A DNA stretch of 64,000 bases from Amoebophrya sp. A120. Its lineage: Eukaryota; Protista; Dinoflagellata. A program made the position numbers and the translations under genes. The stretch is from contig CAJINV010000004.1 of the NCBI GenBank assembly GCA_905178155.1, forward strand, positions 10,833,655 through 10,897,654. The letters are read 5' to 3'. A model generated the notes under the pieces. It was given only the letters and a program-made list of their open reading frames with translations. It did no database searches and was not told the origin of the DNA. This document shows, in pieces, positions 47,126 to 59,064 of this stretch. The first letter of the stretch is position 1. Every line of letters starts with the position of its first letter.

Positions 47126-50100
47126 ATGGCCTCATCGCAGGAATGGGTGCCTCCAAGCTTGGAGAGCATCATCAAGCGATTGCAGGAAGAGTGCTACCCG
47201 AAGAGGATCAGGCCTGCTGGTAATATTTTTGAAAAAATATGTGACAAGAGATTGATGCACGTCCTGTTGTTGTCCACGCATGACAAATTTCTTTTCGGAA
47301 TTCATTCGAAATATCACAGATTTCTTCAAGGACTACGACCACTCCAGAAAATGCGAAATCACGGAGAGTCAGTTCATGAGGTATGCGATTACGAATTTAG
47401 ATTTGTGTTTTGCTTATGCTCGATTTTGATTTTGCATGGCAATGCCAAACGAACCACAATGTTCTGCATGACAGTCTGTCAGAGGGAAATGCAAAACAAA
47501 AACTATATCAGGTGCATGAAGCTGTTGATGCCGACCTTGACGCCAATCGACTGGGAGGTGCTGATCGCCGCCTACAAACTGCCATCCGGCTTGGTGCACT
47601 ACAAGCCATTGGTGGATGAGGTATGTCATCAAGTATGTTTTTTACAAATAGAAAAACATCTTCTTCACTGCATGCTAAAGAAACCTTGCATTTCAATTTC
47701 TTGAACTCTTGCTTGAGATGAATTTCACTCGTATAATTACAGATCGAGAAGATCTTCACCACGGTTGGTCTGCACCAAAAAGACCCAACGACCTCGGTCC
47801 CGGCTGCGGGGTCTGGGATGACGAAGCACGAGCTCCCACCTCTGGACGACTATGCATTGCAAAAGTATGGTACTCGTATAAATGCATGACAAATTTTCTC
47901 AGTTTGAGAAATAAAATTTGTAATGCGGATTTACCTTGAGAAAGAGATTTGTAATGCATGACTGCAATTACTACGAGTGCGATACTTTTGCAGAGGATAA
48001 CGACCGAATGCACGCAATTTTGTACAGGGTATAGAAGATGACAAAAGCCAACTTCATCTGATTTTCTTTTTTGAGCATGACAAAGGCATGGCCTGGTTAT
48101 GTTACTTAGTGTGTTGTTCATCTTCACAAGCTTCAGCTTGGTTGAGCTTCATTAATATACCCACAACGTTTTTTCCACCAGGTCGCCCTGCTTTCTCGCA
48201 CACGCGCCGTCGTCTTTAAATACGCTTTTGAAGACGCGGACAGGGGGCAGTCCACCTCGCTCTTGGTCCCCCGACGGGCGGGTAAGGTGACAGAAGCGCA
48301 GTTTCGCAGGTTTTTCCCCCTGTATTGAGAGGAAAAATCCCCCCTCCCCATACCAAAAAGGGGCACTACTGAAAATTTGTGATGCTGATTTGTGACCACA
48401 AATCGTCCCTGTATTGCAAGAGGGCAAAGCCAGAGAATCAGCCGCGTGTCGCAGGGACTTTGTAATGCTGTATCGCCTACAGAGGATATGCCTGCCTTGC
48501 TAGGTGCCTACAGTCAAATGCCCCTGCTCAGGCACTGCGTCTCCCTGCAGTCCTCTACTGCTAGACAGATTGGATTTGTGTACACAAATCCCGCATGACA
48601 GATTTCGGCTTTGATATGGGGAGGGGGGATTTTTCACTTTGATACTCTGCAGAAGGACTTTTCGGACGAGGAAATCACACTTCTGATCCACCGATTATGG
48701 CGTTCTCAAACGTTACATTATGAACTGTTACATGATTTGTCATGCAAAGTTCCATTCAGAATCGACATGATTAAGCTGCTTCGCATGACAAATTCCCGAA
48801 GGGCCAAACAGGCTGATAATCTGCGCCAAATCTGTCATGCAAAAGGCGCAATCTTCCCCGCCCCTTTCAGTTTTGCCATTCTTGCAGTACAGATTCATGT
48901 AACAGTTGAGAATGTAACGCTTGAGAACCCCATACCGATACAGGGATCCGGAGGGAAATGTGAACTACAAAGCCTTGCACGACGAGGTTACGGACCCAAC
49001 GGCGATTGTCAAGGACCAGCCAGTGCCGACGTCAAGTATAATAATCGTTTACTGTCCTCTTTATGGGATTCTCAAACGCTAACGACCTGTTGTATCATAC
49101 ATGATTTGTCCTCTTGCAGAATCTTCACTATCGTTGCAAAATGAAAATCTTTCAGAATACATCCCCCCACCGGAGCTTGCCTTGCAAAAGTGGAGCCATG
49201 AGAAGTATTCCATTCTCGACCGGGTAACCGCAAAGATGATTGAGCTGCGAATCAAGCCAAATGACTACTTTCTGGACTTCGACCCATTGAGAAAAGGGTT
49301 CTGCACCACCGGACAGCTGGACACTGTTTTTGGTATAACTTCTAATTTGACTTAATATGCATGACAACGTGGTCCCGAAGATCATTTCGGACTGTTGCAT
49401 GATATACAAGTTGAGATTTTTTTTATAGTAAACGTAATACCAAAACAGGTATCCTCGGCCTGAAATTCCTCCCGGCCGAGATGCGAGAACTGAAGGACAT
49501 GTTATCCTGTGCAAAAGTGTCGTACTCGTACTAATTGCAGATATGCAAGACAAATTCAACTTTCTACCTGAAACAGCATGACAAATTGCATTTTTGTTCT
49601 TGGGAAAATTTGTAATGCAATTTATACTAGTACGATAGTTTTGCAATGCATACATGTTCTGCAGCGTCGATTTGAACCTGGAAATGTTCAACTACGCCGA
49701 GTTATGGATTGCAAACATGTCCGGGTCTGGAAGGTTGCAACTTGTCATGCTCTATCCGAAGCATGCAAAAATTTGTGTTGCATGAGTGCCAACAGCTGTC
49801 CACTTTGACTTTCGACCATGTTGGGAGGGAGTTTCTGACGCTGGATAGGCGCGACAGAGACCTCACAGAGTCTGTCATGCTAGGTTCCGCATTCCAGACC
49901 TCATGGGTCATGAAAAACCTGCATGACAAGTTTACACTCTTCCAGACCCAGACGTATTTGCATTTGATACGAGTTCTGCAAGCGAGTAAACAGTGCCTTC
50001 ACGTACGACCAGGTCCACAAAGACCCATTGGCGCAAGTCCAGGTACAAACGCAATAAATGCTGCTTGGGTGAAAATAATATTTTTTTACTTGCAGAAGAT

Positions 50101-51450
50101 ATAATAGTGCCGGCATCGGTTTTCGTTCTACTCGTGCAGAAGTTGTGATGCACTTCCTCGCGTATGCGTTCTTTCAACGCAATTTTGAAATCCTCACATC
50201 AGATGCCCACTTCCGACTCCACCATGCCGTGTAGAAGATCGCGGGTCGAGCTCACTGACGTGGAGAAGGCAAAGATCGCGGACATCGAGTCGGGCGTGAG
50301 ACTAATGGTCGCCAAGAAGCGGGTGCTGTTCATCAATGCGTTCAAGGACTTCGATCGTACCAACCAGGGTCATATCAAATGCAAATAAAATATGTCTGGG
50401 TCTGGGAGATTGCGAGATTTGTCATGCTAGTCTGGCATGACTCTGAACGCTGTGTTGCATGGCCGCGAAGAGCTCCTCCTCCCTGTCATGCAAAAACGCA
50501 GTTTGTCATGCGGAATACGCAACTACTCAGAACCATGAAAAAAACTTGTCATGCTTGGCAGCGAATCATAGTGAGTTCACTATTCCCTTTCTTGCATCTT
50601 CACAAGTTTCCAGACCCAGACATTTTTGCAATGCATAGGTCACGTCACCGTCAATCAGTTCCAGCGCGTGATGGCCACGCTGAACTTGCTATCAAAATGA
50701 AAAATCCCCACTCCCCATATTGAAACGTAAATTTCTGTTGCTGGATTAGGATTTGTGTACACAATTCAGCTCTGTCTTGCAACGAGGCACTGCAGGCAAA
50801 GCCTCAGGCTGCGTAGGGCTGTTTCTGTGTAGGTGCTTAGCATAGCAGAGGCCTTCGATGTAGGCGTAACAGCATTACAAATCGCCGGCATAAAACGGCG
50901 GACTCTTTGCATTTGCCCCCTTGCAAGAGAGACAGGATTTGTGGTTACAAATCAGCATCGCAAATTTTTAGCAGCATGCCTTTTCAGTATGGGGAGCAGG
51001 GGGGATTTATTTTCCCTACGATACTTGCTCTCCAGTCAGGACGACACACCACTGAAACTGCTGGCCAAGAAATACTGCGACTTGGGTACAGCTTCCTATA
51101 GTTGTTTCTCGGGTTCTTTGTGAAGATCTGCAATGGTCGTGAGCAAGTGCATGTGCAGCAGCATGCATCGCGAAGCCATTTTTTCAAATAAAAAAGAAGT
51201 ACTGCTTCGCGATAAAAAATACACGACCAGCATTTATTTTTCCCCAAAAAAAACCTCTACAACTCCAGGCTCCCCGCACTACTTCAACTACGTCGAGTTT
51301 TCGCGCGTGTGCGAGCCGCCAGAACCGGATCTGGTGCTGGCCGAGGCCCAGGCCAAGCTGCCGTACGAAAAGCCGCAGGCATCGCGGTACTTCAACCAGA
51401 ATGGTTTCGTTTACAACGTCACCGACGGGCGCTTCAAGGGCGGAGACTAA
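47126..51450 (+). CDS. EF-hand repeat protein (possibly a flagellar/FAP115-like microtubule-associated protein), 16 exons
   Basis: Repeated EF-hand-like units DFFKDYDHSRKCEITESQFMR, DYFLDFDPLRKGFCTTGQL, AFKDFDRTNQGHVTVNQFQR, and FNYAEFC/FNYVEFS. 8 GT-AG introns and 7 introners give one frame. Confidence 0.72.
47851..47999. mobile_element. Introner, family B
   Basis: Family B TIRs; ACGAC direct repeat. Confidence 0.92.
48323..48644. mobile_element. Introner, family C
   Basis: Family C TIRs; repeat CCCTG/CTCTG; opposite orientation to 50690-51023. Confidence 0.9.
48696..48934. mobile_element. Introner, family E
   Basis: Family E TIRs; CCGAT direct repeat; similar to 20346-20592. Confidence 0.93.
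49503..49652. mobile_element. Introner, family B
   Basis: Family B TIRs; CATGT direct repeat. Confidence 0.92.
49703..49969. mobile_element. Introner, family A
   Basis: Family A TIRs; CGAGT direct repeat; similar to 21773-22039. Confidence 0.93.
50373..50637. mobile_element. Introner, family A
   Basis: Family A TIRs; GGTCA direct repeat; splits EF-hand loop NQGH|VT; similar to 19487-19747. Confidence 0.93.
50690..51023. mobile_element. Introner, family C
   Basis: Family C TIRs; CTTGC direct repeat. Confidence 0.9.
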
Positions 51451-52741
51451 GCGCGAATTCGTTTTTTGTACGAAAAAACACACGTCCACGGTGGAATATA
51501 AAACGGTTTCGAAGGAAAAAAAGTTTCGCAGAACGGAACGAGAACAGCAGAAAACTTGTACCATATTAGACAAAGTAGACAGACTCAACTTCCAGCAGAG
51601 TAGTTTCGAAGGAATCATGAGATCAGGACAAAGTGAATCAGACAAAAAGAACAGTCAGATATGAACTGTTGTATGACCATCAGACTTTGATATTAAGCAA
51701 ACTTTAGCAGATGAATCTTAAGCAGAAAATAATCAGAACCTAAATTACGACTACCGGAATATGTTTCGCGAAAAGTCACAGAACTTTCTAGGAATCATTT
51801 ATGGTCGTGTACGTACTGTCTCTGTCTATAGAAGTACTACACTCGCACCCAGAATGGCCATCGTTAGAATTTTATTCAGAGCAGAGTTAATGTTAAATCA
51901 GACTTCAGTCGGCGTTTGATCGTGAGCATAAACATTTTTAAGCGTGAGTATACTACTATCAGGCTGTAGTTATTGTACTTTAAACATCACAAACCGTCAG
52001 TCGCAAATGGGATAATATGCTCTTTATCTTCATCTCCAGACCTTTTCTCGTGTCACAGTATAGTTTTGAGAAAATGAACACCAGGACCGGCAGTACTAAC
52101 AAAACCGTGATAACCAGCTACTTCTGAGTATGAGAATAAAGCTTATCTTCTAGTCAGTATCGTGTGGGAATTACTCGTCCTTGCTCTCCGCAACTTCTTT
52201 CCGTTTCCCCGGACGACTCTTCTGCGACACGCCAGGACCGCCGCTTCTGATCGCACGATTTTATTTCCACTGACAGCAGTCGGTAAAGTGACCCTTTGCT
52301 GCGCTTGAAGAAGATGAAGAAGAAAAAAATAGAGCGAAAATCTAAATTCTGAATGGTAGAGAAAACAACTTCCGTTCTTTTTTGAATCATGGGTTCTGAT
52401 CTGCTTGACTTTTTTCCTGTGGTTTTACAGGTTGCCTCCCGGATGATCAAAAAAATAATGCAAATTCGAAAAAACAAGGCGCCATGTAGCGGAGACCGTC
52501 GATCGATAATCCGATCCTCGCCATCGGCTGAAATCAATAGTAAAAAAGAAGAACCCACTATAATGGATTCGTTCGTCAGAGAGAAAATCAGTTGCCATCT
52601 TCGCTCAAATAAAAGCAGGCGGCACCCAGAGCGACTCCTACGGATAGTCTTTTTTTTGCTTCGTGGCGACAAGCTGTTGAGACTACTTTATTCATTGTTT
52701 TTCTTTTTGTCGGAAATGTAAGGCTAAGGGCAACAAGCAAA

Positions 52742-54448
52742 ATGAGCGTGAACAACAAAGCTGTCAACAGGGAACCATCCTTAAAGACGGCCGACGCCGT
52801 CGCCGCCAGTCCCCGCCCGTTACCGACATCACTGCTGGAGGACCACGGTGCTGTTCTCTGCGCGAGGACCGAAACCCCGCAAAGAGCAACCAGACCGAAG
52901 CCAGAAGACCCCATAACAGGTTCCAAAGTTGCGGGCGTGAAAAAAATTTTGTCTCCACCCAGGAACTCCTCCACAGCAGAGGCCGATCATCATGTTGTGG
53001 CCTCTACTTCCGTGCAAGAAAGAGGCACGACTGCGGGTGGTGGAACAAAAAGGAGTTTGTCCTCGAGTGCCATCTTCGAGGCCTCATCGTGTTCGACAAC
53101 TCCTTCGTCAACATCAGCGGCTGACGTCGAATCAGCACAGAATAAATTTGACATCAACGCGCTCCTTACGCCAGTGATCGTAACCTCCCCGATCAAGTCC
53201 CAGCCCTCCACGGAGATGCTCGAGCAGACCGCGTACAGCTTTTTCCGCGCCTGTCCGGATTACAAGAGGCAAATCGTGGTCGCGTGCGACGGTTACTACG
53301 TGAAAGACAATGTGAACGAAAACAAACGGTGCTACGGTGCGGTTTCCGCCGCCCAAGCGGAGAGGTACGAGGCTTACATGGAAAAATTGGAAAACCACCC
53401 AGACCTTGCGAAATTTTTCAAAGTCCTACGACCCGAGAGTAGATCTCGGCCAGATGTGGATGGAAATGGGGTCGTGGAGCCCGACGTCGCGCGGAAGATG
53501 ACTGCGAAAAATTCATCGTATTCGTCGTCCCACGTCGGGTTCGCCTGGACTTTACAACGCGCCATCCGCGAGCTCGTGCCTACAAAATTGGTGATGGTGC
53601 TGCCCCACGACGTGCGGTTCGATGACAAGTTTAACGGCGAGAAGATCTGCCAGGCGTGCGATCTGATCATGAGGACAACTTCAACTGGGGATCATGGTTG
53701 TGACGTGCCTCTTCAGGAGGTCGTGAACAAAGATTGCAGTCGTGTATTAACTCAGCATCGTCCGAAGATCAACTACGTCGGATTCCTGTCCGGGCGCACG
53801 GCGAATCTACAGCAGAGGTACTGGGAAAAGGCTGGCCTGTATCTGCAGAAACAGGTGGAGATCGCGTTTCCGGGGGAGGGCACAAGGGCGAAGCCAGTTG
53901 ACCTGCAGCCCTTGCCAATCTGGAAGGAGAACCCGCACATTGCTTCGGTCGCGAAATACGAGGAATTTATCTTTTCTGGGAAGTTCAAAAGAATCAAAAG
54001 AGGGCAATTTATCGAGGAAACGGTCGGGCAGGAGATGCTGTCGCAGATGAAGGCGCTGGCGGCGAGCGGCACTGACGAGGGGAAACACAAAGCGCGGGAA
54101 CTGCATCGGAACCACTTCGGGTGCTACTTGCTCTGCGACGACGAGGTTGCGGCGACGCGGCACTTGGACGGCAGGTGCTACGTGCCGGTGCAGGAGAGGA
54201 AAGAGCGGGGTTGGGTGGTCGACGACGCGGACTTTGTCGAGGACTGCACGAGACATTTTTACGGACGAGGTACTCCTGTTATAGTGGCCGGGGCAAAAAA
54301 CGCAGACGGCGAAGTTCACACGGAATCACCTTCAATGCGCTCGGCATGTATAGTAGGAAACGAAGCAGCAGATCAAGAGCAGGTCGAGGACGAAAATCAA
54401 AATCCACGAGAAATCGAAGATGAATCAACAGATAACATAACGGTCTAG
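52742..54448 (+). CDS. Putative GT-A-fold glycosyltransferase-like protein, intronless
   Basis: 568-aa ORF with VIVTSPIKSQPST, IVVACDG, HVGFAWTLQRAI, VMVLPHDVRF (xHD) and HLDGR, resembling GT2-like proteins; family assignment tentative. Confidence 0.5.
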   Translation: MSVNNKAVNREPSLKTADAVAASPRPLPTSLLEDHGAVLCARTETPQRATRPKPEDPITGSKVAGVKKILSPPRNSSTAEADHHVVASTSVQERGTTAGGGTKRSLSSSAIFEASSCSTTPSSTSAADVESAQNKFDINALLTPVIVTSPIKSQPSTEMLEQTAYSFFRACPDYKRQIVVACDGYYVKDNVNENKRCYGAVSAAQAERYEAYMEKLENHPDLAKFFKVLRPESRSRPDVDGNGVVEPDVARKMTAKNSSYSSSHVGFAWTLQRAIRELVPTKLVMVLPHDVRFDDKFNGEKICQACDLIMRTTSTGDHGCDVPLQEVVNKDCSRVLTQHRPKINYVGFLSGRTANLQQRYWEKAGLYLQKQVEIAFPGEGTRAKPVDLQPLPIWKENPHIASVAKYEEFIFSGKFKRIKRGQFIEETVGQEMLSQMKALAASGTDEGKHKARELHRNHFGCYLLCDDEVAATRHLDGRCYVPVQERKERGWVVDDADFVEDCTRHFYGRGTPVIVAGAKNADGEVHTESPSMRSACIVGNEAADQEQVEDENQNPREIEDESTDNITV

Positions 54449-54801
54449 AGTGAGATTCAATGTTGGACCAGAGTTTGTAAGAGCAAAGCAAGGTGGAAAC
54501 GAAAAGGCGACTTTCACCAGGCAGAAACTGCTGGAAACTAAGTGATAAACAGCCCATATCCCAGGCTATACGTTTGGCAGGACGCCACTTAACAACATGC
54601 GTCAGTGCCTGTTCCGAAAAATCTTACTGCAGCCAATTTTTTTTGTCCGAGCGATTTATACTCGAGTGATACAACCGCTTCCGTGCAGTGAACTTTGAGA
54701 AGTTTAAGCGATTCAAGTGGTTGGGTACTTCTTAGTTCTTGTTTGCTGTGGAGGTCTTGCTGGCATGCTATACATGTAATCCATTTGCTTGTGTTTGAAA
54801 C

Positions 54802-57800
54802 ATGTCCTCTTTTTCCGTGCTTCCGCTTCGTCGTGCGTTGTTTTGCAAGAGACTACTCTTGCTTGTTCTATCTACCTTCTCCCCACCGCCCGGGTGGAGG
54901 TCGAGTGTTTTGGAAATACGAAATCTTGCTCGGGCGACTACGGTGACAGCTGATGCCACAAGTACTGCAACCACTGTCGCCGACGCAGCAAAAACCTCAC
55001 TTCTGGACGACCTGGCCTACGAATCCCCACCGGCAACGGAGTCGTTCGACGACCATGTCTTTGCTGCGTACAAAGACCTGGACGACCTGGACTGCGCTAG
55101 CATGCGAATACCCTTACGCGAAAAGGACTGGAACCACATCATGCACTTCATTTCCAACAACGGCACGCACCACCACACGAGGCTCAAGGACTTCGACAGT
55201 CTACCCCTACTGGTTGACGAACATCAAACAGAGACGGAAGTAGAACCCTCCGAGGAACTACACCAAGCGTCGAGCACCAGTTCCGCAGAGCAGGACGACA
55301 CAAAAATCGTGGATTTGTATGCCGAAACGAGGAAAACAAGGACCGGCTTCAGCCTGGCACAGCCAAGTACAACCCCCAAAACCCACGCCCACACGACCGT
55401 CAGTCCGAGGAGCTTCTTCGACCTCTCCAGTGACACGCAGCTGATTCTGGAATACCTCTCCCGCCTGATCCCCCAACGGCACCCGGAGCTCGGGCGGAAC
55501 ATCCAGGGCCCCTGGCAGGGCGTTCTAAAGGCGAAAATGATGTCAAAAAAGTGGCCGGAGCACATGATCCAATGCCCGAAAATTCCGCGTTTGCAGACGC
55601 TTCTCCTCGAAAACGGCTGCCCGATGGGCGCACTCGCCGTCGCTGCGCACAAGGTGCTCTGCATGGCGCAGCTCGCGAACTTGTTCCTTTCCCGGAAGCA
55701 CGACCCGCGGTTTACTTCCGCGGACATATACCCGGAGGCCTTTTACTTCCGCCCCTCGATTGCGGATTTTGGAACGTTCGTAGACGAGTTCGTCGGCTCC
55801 GCGGTATTTCACGAGGTGTACGCCAAGCCGCTAGTCGGGGTCGAGACGTATGGGGTAGAAGGAACCGGGTACAACAACGTGACGAATAAGAGAGCAAGAA
55901 CTCATCCTGCGCGACCCCCTATTGACTCGGCTTCCGCGACTACAGATATAATTACAGAAGATCCTACAGCTCCAGCTAGTAGCCCACGACAGGATCCGAA
56001 CACCTATTTCCCCGAGGAGATGCAGCAAGACGCCGTGCCGATGGAGCGAGACGAGAGGGAGTACGCCAGTTATCCGGAATTCGAGAAGTTCGCGAAGGAG
56101 ACGCCGTACGGGGCGATCCAGGACCTGTTGCACAAATCGCTCGAGAACCTCGACCGCGTCTGGAACGTGGTGAAATCTAGCTTGCGACTGGAGTCCTTCC
56201 TCGGGTCGAAGTGGCGGGTGCCCCGGAGATTGGCGATGGTGGAGCACATACTGGACGCGTATTACGGTACCGGTTTCGTTAGGGTTCCACAAGATACTGC
56301 TGAAGAGATGATCAACGAGGAACAGCGACAAGGAGCTGCATCATCTCCAGGCGCCGGTGGAGGTGGTCCTTCCGCACCTCCCGCTCTCGTTTCTGTCCAC
56401 GAGGCCCTGGGGATTTCCCAACCGGCTTTCTACACGCCAACAGCGCCGGAAGGGACGAGTGCAGCTGGGGGAGAATTCGTTCCTGAACCCGGGCGGGTGC
56501 TGGGGATCGCGGATTGGCAGGTCCCGCGGGAATTTGTCGAAGCGTACTTCCGCAAGTCCAACTGGACCATGCGCGTCATGCCGGCGATATTTGAGGAAGT
56601 GTTGCTGAAACAGTTCTTCTGGGGCGCGGGTTTGGTCGGAAAAATCCGCGACCGGTGGCCGGAGTCGCTGCGCTCGCTGGTGGGACAGATTCAATTGAGC
56701 GATGGTTCAACAACATCATCAACCTCCGAGAACATAACCCGGGCGAAAGCGGTGCTTCTGAATTACTACCGCCTCATGTGGGTTCTCTCCGCAATGGGGG
56801 CGGGCATGGGCTCGGGCTATTCAGGGGATTTCGAGATGTTGGGGCCCACGTTTGATCGGTACTTGCGGAAGGCGAGCTTTTCCGGGCTGATTCTTTCGCA
56901 GCTGAACCTGTTTGCACTTTTGGGTTTTCTGGAGATCCTGATGTGGCACCGGTTCGGGTGGATGCGGGGGATCTGGTACGAGGACATGCGGGACCCGACC
57001 AAATGGCTGGCAGTTTCGGATGCGGAGTTTGGAAAAGAGGGTCGTGAAAGCGGCGGGAGCTCCTCGTCCTCCGACGGTAGAGAGGATGACTCTTCTTCCT
57101 CAAGCAAAAATAAGAAGAAGCAACAAGCTACGTGGCATCGCATCTCGCAGAGGACAGCGGGACTGATCATGGATGAGCAGAAACAGAAGCTGAAAGCCGC
57201 TGCTGCTGCTACTGCGAGTGCAACTACTTCGGTTACCTCTACCAAATACCCCACTCCGGCAACTCGCCATCTCCTCCCCAATCGCCGCACCCTGCAGCTC
57301 CGGTTGGAGCACCTCACACTCCTGCAACGGATGCACCAGTGGCTGAAGGAAACAAGATTTGTCCGCGGCAAGCACATCGTGTACTTTAGTTTCGCGTTCG
57401 GAAATTTTGCGGCAAACCGAAACATGTCGAAGTCCTTTCTCCACTACGTGAAGAATTCCGGAATCACGCACTACATCTGGATGTCGGAAATTCCGCAAGA
57501 GGACGAGGTGCCACTGGAAGAGGGCGATCGTTTACAACTAGGAGCAGAACAGCTGCCAGGTACAACTACAAAATCTGGATCGTCTTCTGCAACACAAACT
57601 GGTCCATCCGCCGTGACGACGAAGCTACAGAAGACCCCAGTTGCAGGTTTCGAAGAGTGCTTGAAGGCGCAGAAGGCCATCGAAACGGACGCGGAATCGA
57701 AGCTGAATCTCCTCTGCCTCCCGCTCTCCGTCGACAACGGTTCGTGGATGCCCATCGACATTGCGATGATGGGCAAGAACCTCCCAGCGCTGCTGTTGAT

Positions 57801-59064
57801 GCGGCTGGGGGTCGACTTCGTGGTCACAGACATGGACATTCTGTATTTGCGCGACCCGTCGCCTTTCCTCCTCCGCGCCGCGTACGGCTCCTTCTCCAGA
57901 CACACGCAGTTCCACAGCATTCGCGACGGCGTGCAGTTCGTGTCGCAGCAAGACCAGGATCTCCATCCGCTGGAAGACGACAGCGTCGAGGCAATGACGC
58001 ACAGTGCTAGAGTACAGGCGACGGTGGCGCAGGAACTGTTTCCAGGATGTGGTGGTACTGTCGCGACCACATCAGAGCTGCAGGCAGAAAGCTCCACTTC
58101 CAGTTCATCTTCCGTTAGCACGGTCGTAGCAGGGTCGACGTCAGCTGCGGCAAAGCCTAAAGAAAAACCGGTGATTACCCCGTTTTCCTCCCACTTCATT
58201 ATTTCTGAGCACTGGGAATCTGCGTCGGTGAACAACGGTTTTTTCCTCGTGAAGGCCACGAAAAAATCCGTCCAGACCATGCTGCACTACATGCGGTGGA
58301 TGCATTTTCTGCCCTTTGGCCACGACCAGAACGGGTTCGACGCCTGGACCTGCGTGACGGAGACCGACGAGCCCTGCTCCCCGCGGCTGAACTACCGACG
58401 GAACGCGACCATGCCGGCCTTCGACAAGCAGCAGGAGCACCGGGTTTGCCCCCTGATCTTCTCCCTGAACCAGAACCTGTTCGCGTCCGGGTCCGGGTTC
58501 CGGGGTGATACGGAAAAGTTCACGCCCTACATCTTCCACCTCACCGGGGGGTATTTAAAAAGGAAGTTGAAGCGGATCCGAACTTTGATGGGTCGGGAGG
58601 ACGGCATCACCATTCCCTGGCGGCCTTTCTTGCACGAAGTTGCGGAGCACACTACGGGGCACGGGAACATCGGGTCTTTGCGCACGATTTTGCTGAACTA
58701 CGAACCGGAAAAACCGGAGTCGTACTTCCTGTACAAACTGGTCAGACTAGATTCGCGAACCATTCTGAAGGAACCGGGATTGTTCGATGACGACCAGGAC
58801 GAGCTGCTGCTTCTTGGTGGGAAAAATAACGACGGCGGCGAGACAAACACAAAGGCAAAATCGGTACTTCATTCCGGCAAAAACGCGTGGGAATCCTGTC
58901 GGAACGGCAGGAAAGCCGAGGTTTGGGGGTATTACCCTTCGCCGGATGAAAGTGCTACCAGCACCACTGGGCGGGAGGCAACATCATCTTACAAGGACCG
59001 GTATCGAATCTCGCGGTTGCCCAGTATTACGCTGACCCCTGCGTCCCTCGCAGGAGACCTGTAG
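54802..59064 (+). CDS. Nucleotide-diphospho-sugar transferase (GT77-like) domain protein with N-terminal signal/anchor, intronless
   Basis: 1420-aa ORF with LLMRLGVDFVVTDMDILYLRDPSPFL (DxD), NNGFFLVKAT and HDQNGFD motifs. Confidence 0.68.
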   Translation: MSSFSVLPLRRALFCKRLLLLVLSTFSPPPGWRSSVLEIRNLARATTVTADATSTATTVADAAKTSLLDDLAYESPPATESFDDHVFAAYKDLDDLDCASMRIPLREKDWNHIMHFISNNGTHHHTRLKDFDSLPLLVDEHQTETEVEPSEELHQASSTSSAEQDDTKIVDLYAETRKTRTGFSLAQPSTTPKTHAHTTVSPRSFFDLSSDTQLILEYLSRLIPQRHPELGRNIQGPWQGVLKAKMMSKKWPEHMIQCPKIPRLQTLLLENGCPMGALAVAAHKVLCMAQLANLFLSRKHDPRFTSADIYPEAFYFRPSIADFGTFVDEFVGSAVFHEVYAKPLVGVETYGVEGTGYNNVTNKRARTHPARPPIDSASATTDIITEDPTAPASSPRQDPNTYFPEEMQQDAVPMERDEREYASYPEFEKFAKETPYGAIQDLLHKSLENLDRVWNVVKSSLRLESFLGSKWRVPRRLAMVEHILDAYYGTGFVRVPQDTAEEMINEEQRQGAASSPGAGGGGPSAPPALVSVHEALGISQPAFYTPTAPEGTSAAGGEFVPEPGRVLGIADWQVPREFVEAYFRKSNWTMRVMPAIFEEVLLKQFFWGAGLVGKIRDRWPESLRSLVGQIQLSDGSTTSSTSENITRAKAVLLNYYRLMWVLSAMGAGMGSGYSGDFEMLGPTFDRYLRKASFSGLILSQLNLFALLGFLEILMWHRFGWMRGIWYEDMRDPTKWLAVSDAEFGKEGRESGGSSSSSDGREDDSSSSSKNKKKQQATWHRISQRTAGLIMDEQKQKLKAAAAATASATTSVTSTKYPTPATRHLLPNRRTLQLRLEHLTLLQRMHQWLKETRFVRGKHIVYFSFAFGNFAANRNMSKSFLHYVKNSGITHYIWMSEIPQEDEVPLEEGDRLQLGAEQLPGTTTKSGSSSATQTGPSAVTTKLQKTPVAGFEECLKAQKAIETDAESKLNLLCLPLSVDNGSWMPIDIAMMGKNLPALLLMRLGVDFVVTDMDILYLRDPSPFLLRAAYGSFSRHTQFHSIRDGVQFVSQQDQDLHPLEDDSVEAMTHSARVQATVAQELFPGCGGTVATTSELQAESSTSSSSSVSTVVAGSTSAAAKPKEKPVITPFSSHFIISEHWESASVNNGFFLVKATKKSVQTMLHYMRWMHFLPFGHDQNGFDAWTCVTETDEPCSPRLNYRRNATMPAFDKQQEHRVCPLIFSLNQNLFASGSGFRGDTEKFTPYIFHLTGGYLKRKLKRIRTLMGREDGITIPWRPFLHEVAEHTTGHGNIGSLRTILLNYEPEKPESYFLYKLVRLDSRTILKEPGLFDDDQDELLLLGGKNNDGGETNTKAKSVLHSGKNAWESCRNGRKAEVWGYYPSPDESATSTTGREATSSYKDRYRISRLPSITLTPASLAGDL

